Assembly: GCA_963790025.1 (NCBI GenBank) | Contig: CAWBMP010000005.1 | Span: 416,001 to 480,000, forward strand | Source of the DNA: Nitrospirota bacterium | Lineage (GTDB): Bacteria; Nitrospirota; Thermodesulfovibrionia; Thermodesulfovibrionales; Dissulfurispiraceae | Length of the DNA stretch: 64,000 bases | Direction of reading: 5' to 3' | Part shown: positions 58,841 through 64,000 of the stretch, one piece after another | Numbering within the stretch: the first letter of the stretch is position 1 | Layout: every line of letters starts with the position of its first letter | Notes under the pieces: model-generated | Seen by the model: only the letters and a program-made list of their open reading frames with translations | What the model was told of the DNA's origin: nothing | Database searches by the model: none | Position numbers and translations under genes: made by a program

Positions 58841-60733
58841 ATTAAAATTTTATTGCCTGACGGCTCGGAAAAAGTAGTTGAGAAGTCCGAGCTGCAAAAA
58901 CATATCGAAGCATCTCGCGCTTTCGGAATTAGGGTGAATGGAGAGTTCAGGGATTTGGCATCTCTCGATACCTTGCCTCCAGAAGCTGTTGTCGAACCAA
59001 TCACCTTTAATTCGAAAGAAGGAAAGGACATATACCGCCACAGCGCATCTCATATCATGGCCCATGCCGTAAAGGAATTGTTCCCAGGGGTCAAATTCGC
59101 CATAGGTCCCTCCATAGAAGAAGGTTTTTATTACGACCTCGAAAGTGCGGAACACTTTGCCCCCGAGGACCTCGAAAAGATTGAAAAAAAGATGAAGGAG
59201 ATTATCAAGCGGAACAACCCCTTTGTCAGAAAGGAGGTTGCGAGGGATGAAGCTATAGAGCTTTTCAGGAAAATGGATGAGCCATACAAGGTCGAGCTGC
59301 TTCAGGAGATCCCGGATGCTGCGGTCTCTTTGTATGAAGAAGGAGGGTTTGTTGACCTCTGCAGAGGGCCGCACCTGCCGAAGACCGGAAGAGTGAAGGC
59401 ATTCAAACTGTTGAGTATTGCGGGGGCTTACTGGCGCGGCAACGAAAAGAACAAAATGCTCCAGAGGATATACGGAACTGCTTTTGACACGAAGGAGGAG
59501 CTCAAGTCCTATCTCGATTTCCTTGAAGAAGTGAAGAAGCGGGACCACCGGAAGCTCGGTAAAGAGCTCGATCTTTTCAGCATAAGCGACGATATAGGTC
59601 CTGGCCTCATACTTTGGCACCCTAATGGCGCAATTATAAGAAAAACGATAGAGGACTTCTGGAGGGACGAGCATGTCAAGGCCGATTATAAACTCCTCTT
59701 TTCTCCCCACATTGCCCGGTTGCATTTATGGCAGGAGAGCGGTCACTGGGACTTTTACAGGGAAAATATGTACTCCCCCATGGAGATCGAAGAGATTGCC
59801 TATGAGTTGAAGCCGATGAATTGTCCTTTTCACATTGCTATCTATAAAAGTATGCTCAGGAGTTACCGGAATTTGCCGCTGCGATATGCGGAACTCGGCA
59901 CGGTATACCGCTACGAAAGGTCAGGAACGCTCCACGGTCTTATGCGGGTCAGGGGCTTCACGCAGGATGACGCGCATATTTTCTGCAGAGAGGACCAGAT
60001 CGAGGAGGAAATTGTAAATGTTCTCGATCTAACGCTCTTTGTTCTGAAGACCTTCGGGTTCGACTCATATGACATATATCTTTCTACCAGACCCGAAAAA
60101 TATGTGGGGGCGGTTGAAAACTGGGAGAGCGCAACGAATGCCCTGAAGCACGCGCTTGAGAAAAAAGGGTTGCCGTATGCCGTGGACCCGGGCGAGGGGG
60201 TTTTCTATGGCCCCAAGATAGATATAAAAATAAAGGACTCGCTCAACAGATCGTGGCAGTGCAGCACTATACAGGTTGATTTTAATCTTCCCGAACGGTT
60301 CGATACCGTATATCGCGGGACCGACGGCAAAGAACAAAGGCCGATAATGATCCACCGTGCATTGATGGGATCACTGGAGCGTTTTTTCGGCATCCTTATC
60401 GAACACCACGCCGGAATTTTCCCGCTTTGGCTTTCTCCTGTGCAGGTGTCGGTTTTGACAATTGCGGAAAGACATGAAGCCTATGCCGGGCAGGTATACG
60501 GGGAACTTAAAGGCGTGGGCATAAGGGCTGAACTGAATGCCGATAATGAGAAAATAGGGTACAAGATCCGTGAGGCCACGATGAGAAAAGTGTCGTATTT
60601 GATTATAATAGGGGATAAGGAAGTTGAGGACCGGACAATTACGGTGAGAAAACGGAACGGCGATAATATCGGGCCATTTACAACCGGAGAGTTTATAGCC
60701 ATAATAGAAGAAGAAGTAAAAAGTAAAAAGTAA
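58841..60733 (+). CDS. thrS: Threonyl-tRNA synthetase (probable ATT start)
   Basis: IKILLPDGS, HSASH, DLCRGPH, RDHRKLG, KPMNCP, STIQVDF, HRALMGS; SD GGAGG 7 nt before in-frame ATT 58841. Confidence 0.97.
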   Translation: MKILLPDGSEKVVEKSELQKHIEASRAFGIRVNGEFRDLASLDTLPPEAVVEPITFNSKEGKDIYRHSASHIMAHAVKELFPGVKFAIGPSIEEGFYYDLESAEHFAPEDLEKIEKKMKEIIKRNNPFVRKEVARDEAIELFRKMDEPYKVELLQEIPDAAVSLYEEGGFVDLCRGPHLPKTGRVKAFKLLSIAGAYWRGNEKNKMLQRIYGTAFDTKEELKSYLDFLEEVKKRDHRKLGKELDLFSISDDIGPGLILWHPNGAIIRKTIEDFWRDEHVKADYKLLFSPHIARLHLWQESGHWDFYRENMYSPMEIEEIAYELKPMNCPFHIAIYKSMLRSYRNLPLRYAELGTVYRYERSGTLHGLMRVRGFTQDDAHIFCREDQIEEEIVNVLDLTLFVLKTFGFDSYDIYLSTRPEKYVGAVENWESATNALKHALEKKGLPYAVDPGEGVFYGPKIDIKIKDSLNRSWQCSTIQVDFNLPERFDTVYRGTDGKEQRPIMIHRALMGSLERFFGILIEHHAGIFPLWLSPVQVSVLTIAERHEAYAGQVYGELKGVGIRAELNADNEKIGYKIREATMRKVSYLIIIGDKEVEDRTITVRKRNGDNIGPFTTGEFIAIIEEEVKSKK

Positions 60734-60802
60734 AAAGTGACAGACATGTAGGCGATAAGCGGTAAGCGGCAAAAACGTATTTTTACTTTTTACTTTTTAC
60801 TT
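60714..60802. repeat. Heptamer inverted repeat (AAGTAAA)3-4...(TTTTTAC)3 with a nested (GCGRYAA)3
   Basis: Read directly from the sequence; contains the thrS stop codon. Confidence 0.85.
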
Positions 60803-60823
60803 AATTCTTTAGGAGGTGAGAAC

Positions 60824-61324
60824 ATAAGCAAGGACATCAGAGTTAATGAAGGTATCAGGACAAGAGAAGTGCGGTTGATCGGCGGAATGGGAGAACAGCT
60901 TGGCGTGGTGTCAATACAGGAAGCGCTGAGGATATCAAGGGAAAGCGGTTACGACCTTGTTGAGGTTGCCCCTAATGCTACACCGCCGGTGTGCAGGGTG
61001 ATGGACTTCGGCAAGTATAAGTACCAAATGAGCAAAAAACATACTGCACGAAAGACCGCTGACCTTAAAGAAGTGAAGATCAGGCCCCAAATAACCGAGC
61101 ACGATCTGGAACTCAAAGTCAAGAACATCAGGCGTTTTCTTGATGAAGGAGATAAAGCCAAGGTTACCATGTTTTTCAGGGGACGGGAAATCGTGAGACC
61201 GGAAATGGGTATGAAAGTATTTGAGAAAATTACTGTGTTGCTTACGGGGAAATATAATGTCGAACAGCAACCCAAGCTGGAAGGCAATCATATTACGATG
61301 GTGATCACCCCCAGTACAAAATAA
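60824..61324 (+). CDS. infC: Translation initiation factor IF-3 (ATA start)
   Basis: SD AGGAGGTGA then in-frame ATA-AGC-AAG ([17 protein letters not shown]); [21 protein letters not shown]. Confidence 0.96.
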   Translation: MSKDIRVNEGIRTREVRLIGGMGEQLGVVSIQEALRISRESGYDLVEVAPNATPPVCRVMDFGKYKYQMSKKHTARKTADLKEVKIRPQITEHDLELKVKNIRRFLDEGDKAKVTMFFRGREIVRPEMGMKVFEKITVLLTGKYNVEQQPKLEGNHITMVITPSTK

Positions 61325-61349
61325 AAAGCGAAGGAGAGGAGGGAATTCA

Positions 61350-61550
61350 ATGCCAAAGATGAAAACTCACAGGGGCGCTGCGAAGCGTTTTAAAGTGACC
61401 GGCAGCGGGAAGATAAAGAGGAGCAAGGCTTTTAAGGGTCATCTTTTGACGGGCAAGTCTTCCAAAAGGGGCAGGAACCTCAGGAAAAGTACTTTAGTAC
61501 CTGAAGTGCAGTACGATAATGTTAAAAAACTTCTGCCGTATTCGTTTTAA
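61350..61550 (+). CDS. rpmI: 50S ribosomal protein L35
   Basis: [21 protein letters not shown]. Confidence 0.97.
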   Translation: MPKMKTHRGAAKRFKVTGSGKIKRSKAFKGHLLTGKSSKRGRNLRKSTLVPEVQYDNVKKLLPYSF

Positions 61551-61554
61551 AGCA

Positions 61555-61641
61555 CGTTCAGCGTACAGCGTTCTCCGCAAGAGAAATGAATAATACGGGT
61601 TTTTGCTTTGCCGTTAACGCTGAACGCTGAACGCCTTACGC
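61555..61641. repeat. Heptamer inverted repeat (CGTTCAG)n...(TGAACGC)n
   Basis: cgttcag cgtacag cgttctc ... ttaacgc tgaacgc tgaacgc; the same unit occurs at 24380-24407. Confidence 0.75.
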
Positions 61642-61733
61642 GTTTTTTCCTTGACGCTTTGGTGCCGGATTAATTAAAATGTATGCTCTTAAATTGAAGT
61701 AATAAGTTTTTCAGTACAGTTAAGGAGGATAAG

Positions 61734-62087
61734 ATGCCGAGGGCAAAAGGTGGCTTTAAGGCCAAACGATATCATAAGAAGGTTCTTGATAATGCAAAGG
61801 GGTATTATGGCGCGAGAAGCCGTTTATACCGCATTGCGACGCAAGTTGTCGACAAGGCCCTAATTGCTGCATATAAGGACAGGAGACTTAAAAAACGGGA
61901 ATTCAGGGCACTCTGGATAGCGCGAATCAATGCAGCGGTCAGGTCTCTGAACATGCCTTACGGTCAATTTATGAACGGTTTAAAAAAGGCCAATGTCAAT
62001 TTGAACAGAAAGGCCCTTGCCGATCTCGCTTGTAATGACTTCGAGAACTTTAGCAAACTTGTCGAGCAAGTTAAAAGCAGCAAGTAA
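61734..62087 (+). CDS. rplT: 50S ribosomal protein L20
   Basis: [39 protein letters not shown]. Confidence 0.97.
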   Translation: MPRAKGGFKAKRYHKKVLDNAKGYYGARSRLYRIATQVVDKALIAAYKDRRLKKREFRALWIARINAAVRSLNMPYGQFMNGLKKANVNLNRKALADLACNDFENFSKLVEQVKSSK

Positions 62088-62089
62088 TA

Positions 62090-62192
62090 AAAGCAGGCAG
62101 TAAGCAGTACGCAGTAGGCAGCCAAAGGATAAAGTGTTAACTTGTAGTTTTCTCTCTATGCTGCTTACTCCTTACAGCTTACTGCCTGCTTT
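62090..62192. repeat. Heptamer inverted repeat (GCAGTAA)n...(TTACTGC)n
   Basis: Perfect 16 bp outer arms AAAGCAGGCAGTAAGC / GCTTACTGCCTGCTTT. Confidence 0.8.
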
Positions 62193-62203
62193 CATTTAAA
62201 CTA

Positions 62204-63250
62204 ATGATAATTGAAGATCTGAGACAGAAATTCCTGAATGAGCTTGCGTCCATTACCAATGCTGCTGATCTTTTTCAGCTTAGAGTCAATTATCTGGGCA
62301 AAAAGGGGGCAGTCACTACGGCGCTCAAGGCGCTATCTTCGGCATCTCCGGAAGAAAGGCCGCTTCTCGGCAAAAAGATAAACGATGTAAAACAATTCAT
62401 TGAAGACCAGCTTGCATCAAGAGAGACATTACTAAAAAACGAAGCGTTGAAAAAACAATTGCTGGCAGATTCCATTGATATAACGCTGCCCGGCAAATAT
62501 AACGCTTTCGGCAAAGAACATCCTATTAATAAAGTGCTTTTTGAGATAGTGGACATTTTTGTAAGGATGGGATTCAGTGTTGAACAAGGGCCGGAAGTGG
62601 AACACGATTATTATAACTTCGAGGCACTGAATTTCCCCCGGGAACATCCGGCCCGGGACATGCAGGATACCTTTTTTGTCAGTGATGATATTGTACTCAG
62701 GACCCATACATCTCCGGTTCAGGTCAGGGAAATGGAAAAAAGAAAGCCCCCTGTCAGGTTTATTGCTCCCGGCAAGGTGTACCGTTGCGATGCCGATATT
62801 ACGCATACTCCCATGTTCCATCAGGTCGAGGGGCTTATGGTGGACAAGGATATCACCTTCAGCAATTTGAAAGGGATACTTGAAGCATTTCTTCACACGA
62901 TGTTCGGTCCCGGTACTCCGGTGCGGTTCAGGCCGAGTTTTTTCCCTTTCACCGAACCCTCTGCAGAGGTCGATATAGGTTGCATACTGTGTGGAGGTTC
63001 CGGCTCTGCCCCAGAAAGTCTTCGAGTTTCCGGGGACCCCTGCAGGGTTTGCAAAGGATCAGGGTGGCTTGAAATCCTCGGTGCCGGTATGGTTGACCCG
63101 GCAGTTTTTGGATATGTCGGATATGATACGGAAGTATATTCGGGGTTTGCCTTCGGGATGGGGATTGAAAGGATCGCAATGCTGAAATACTCGATTGACG
63201 ACATCCGGTTGTTTTATGAGAACGATGTCAGGTTCCTGGGGCAATTTTAG
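62204..63250 (+). CDS. pheS: Phenylalanyl-tRNA synthetase alpha subunit
   Basis: [42 protein letters not shown]. Confidence 0.98.
   Translation: MIIEDLRQKFLNELASITNAADLFQLRVNYLGKKGAVTTALKALSSASPEERPLLGKKINDVKQFIEDQLASRETLLKNEALKKQLLADSIDITLPGKYNAFGKEHPINKVLFEIVDIFVRMGFSVEQGPEVEHDYYNFEALNFPREHPARDMQDTFFVSDDIVLRTHTSPVQVREMEKRKPPVRFIAPGKVYRCDADITHTPMFHQVEGLMVDKDITFSNLKGILEAFLHTMFGPGTPVRFRPSFFPFTEPSAEVDIGCILCGGSGSAPESLRVSGDPCRVCKGSGWLEILGAGMVDPAVFGYVGYDTEVYSGFAFGMGIERIAMLKYSIDDIRLFYENDVRFLGQF
63007..63040 (+). repeat. In-frame palindromic element, copy 3, inside pheS
   Basis: tgccccagaaagtcttcgagtttccggggacccc; encodes [11 protein letters not shown] between two CxxC motifs. Confidence 0.7.
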
Positions 63251-64000
63251 ATGAGGGCCTCTCTGGAGTGGCTTAAAGAATTTGTACCGGTCAGCGCACC
63301 CGCTTTGGAAATTGCACACCGGCTCACTATGCTCGGCCTTGAAGTCGAGGCAGTGGAGCAGGTTGACAGAGATACTGTATTTGAGATCAATGTGACCCCG
63401 AACAGGCCTGATTGCCTGAGCATTATAGGTGTTGCTCGCGAGCTTTCCGCCGCCTTCGGCGCAGCGCTTACTTTCCCTGAGCATGAGGTCCAGGCGGAGA
63501 CAGGAGGACCGGACTTTAATGTAGATATCCACGATCCCGCCCTTTGCCGCCGGTATGCCGGGAGAATTGTCAAGGGGCTCAAAACGGGACCTTCCCCTGA
63601 GTGGCTTAAGTCCAGACTCGAAAAATGCGGGATCAGATCAAAAAACAATGTTGTTGATATAACTAACTATGTCCTTTTGGAACTTGGGCATCCGCTCCAC
63701 GCCTTCGACCTGGGTACCATCAAAGGACGTCGCATACAGGCCGGCACGACGAAGGATGTGAAGGGCCGTCCTGAAAAGTTGCTATTCCGTGCCCTTGACG
63801 GGAATGAACGGGAACTGCCTGAAGATGCTTTGCTTATATGGGACGCTGAAGACCCCATAGCTATTGCAGGGATCATGGGCGGACTGGAAACCGAAGTCAG
63901 TGGCACAACCGTGGATATTTTTATTGAAAGTGCTTATTTCGACCCTCTAACTGTAAGAAGGACCTCAAGGGCCACCGGCCTGAAGACCGAAGCATCGTTC
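63251..64000 (+). CDS. pheT: Phenylalanyl-tRNA synthetase beta subunit (runs off the window end)
   Basis: Manual translation MRASLEWLKEFV...LTMLGLEVE...VTPNRPDCLS..GVARE; NNVVDITNYV, GHPLHAFD. Confidence 0.95.
   Translation, partial: MRASLEWLKEFVPVSAPALEIAHRLTMLGLEVEAVEQVDRDTVFEINVTPNRPDCLSIIGVARELSAAFGAALTFPEHEVQAETGGPDFNVDIHDPALCRRYAGRIVKGLKTGPSPEWLKSRLEKCGIRSKNNVVDITNYVLLELGHPLHAFDLGTIKGRRIQAGTTKDVKGRPEKLLFRALDGNERELPEDALLIWDAEDPIAIAGIMGGLETEVSGTTVDIFIESAYFDPLTVRRTSRATGLKTEASF

Noticed and set aside
60714..62192. Repeats considered as a CRISPR array
   Set aside because: Units are 7 bp tandem repeats in inverted arms with no regular repeat-spacer period, and no cas genes are present

Overview
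A bacterial chromosomal segment made mostly of housekeeping genes. Gene order and protein style suggest Nitrospirota (Thermodesulfovibrionia-like), which is an inference. The core blocks are: HIT-gmhA-ruvC-[REC-GGDEF]-ruvA-ruvB-queH-DUF2905-spoIID-queA-SPOR; phoH-pgpH-ybeY-dgkA/PAP2-radical SAM; mtgA; typA; pilD; rimP-nusA-recG; tpiA-secG-peptide-binding protein-ABC-2 exporter; lysS-lolE-lolD; and thrS-infC-rpmI-rplT-pheS-pheT (partial). Accessory patches are tam/glgX/ACT protein/frameshifted ferredoxin (13.9-18.9 kb), an orphan PAS kinase, an MCP-CZB plus PilZ pair, and an ~18 kb block between tpiA and lysS. That block holds a cupredoxin with a type III PKS, a His-rich exported protein, an OprB/MnoP-like porin, a two-component system and two heavy-metal RND systems, one with clustered frameshifts. 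I found no rRNA, tRNA, CRISPR array or transposase. Four signals stand out beyond the gene list. (1) About a dozen short palindromic elements built from 6-9 bp tandem repeats overlap gene ends, and three of them encode signal peptides. (2) A ~34 bp palindrome is inserted in frame in ruvB, pheS and a hypothetical gene. (3) thrS appears to start with AUU and infC with AUA, and about eight genes look leaderless, which points to IF3-sensitive translation. (4) A cupredoxin lipoprotein is translationally coupled to a type III PKS.
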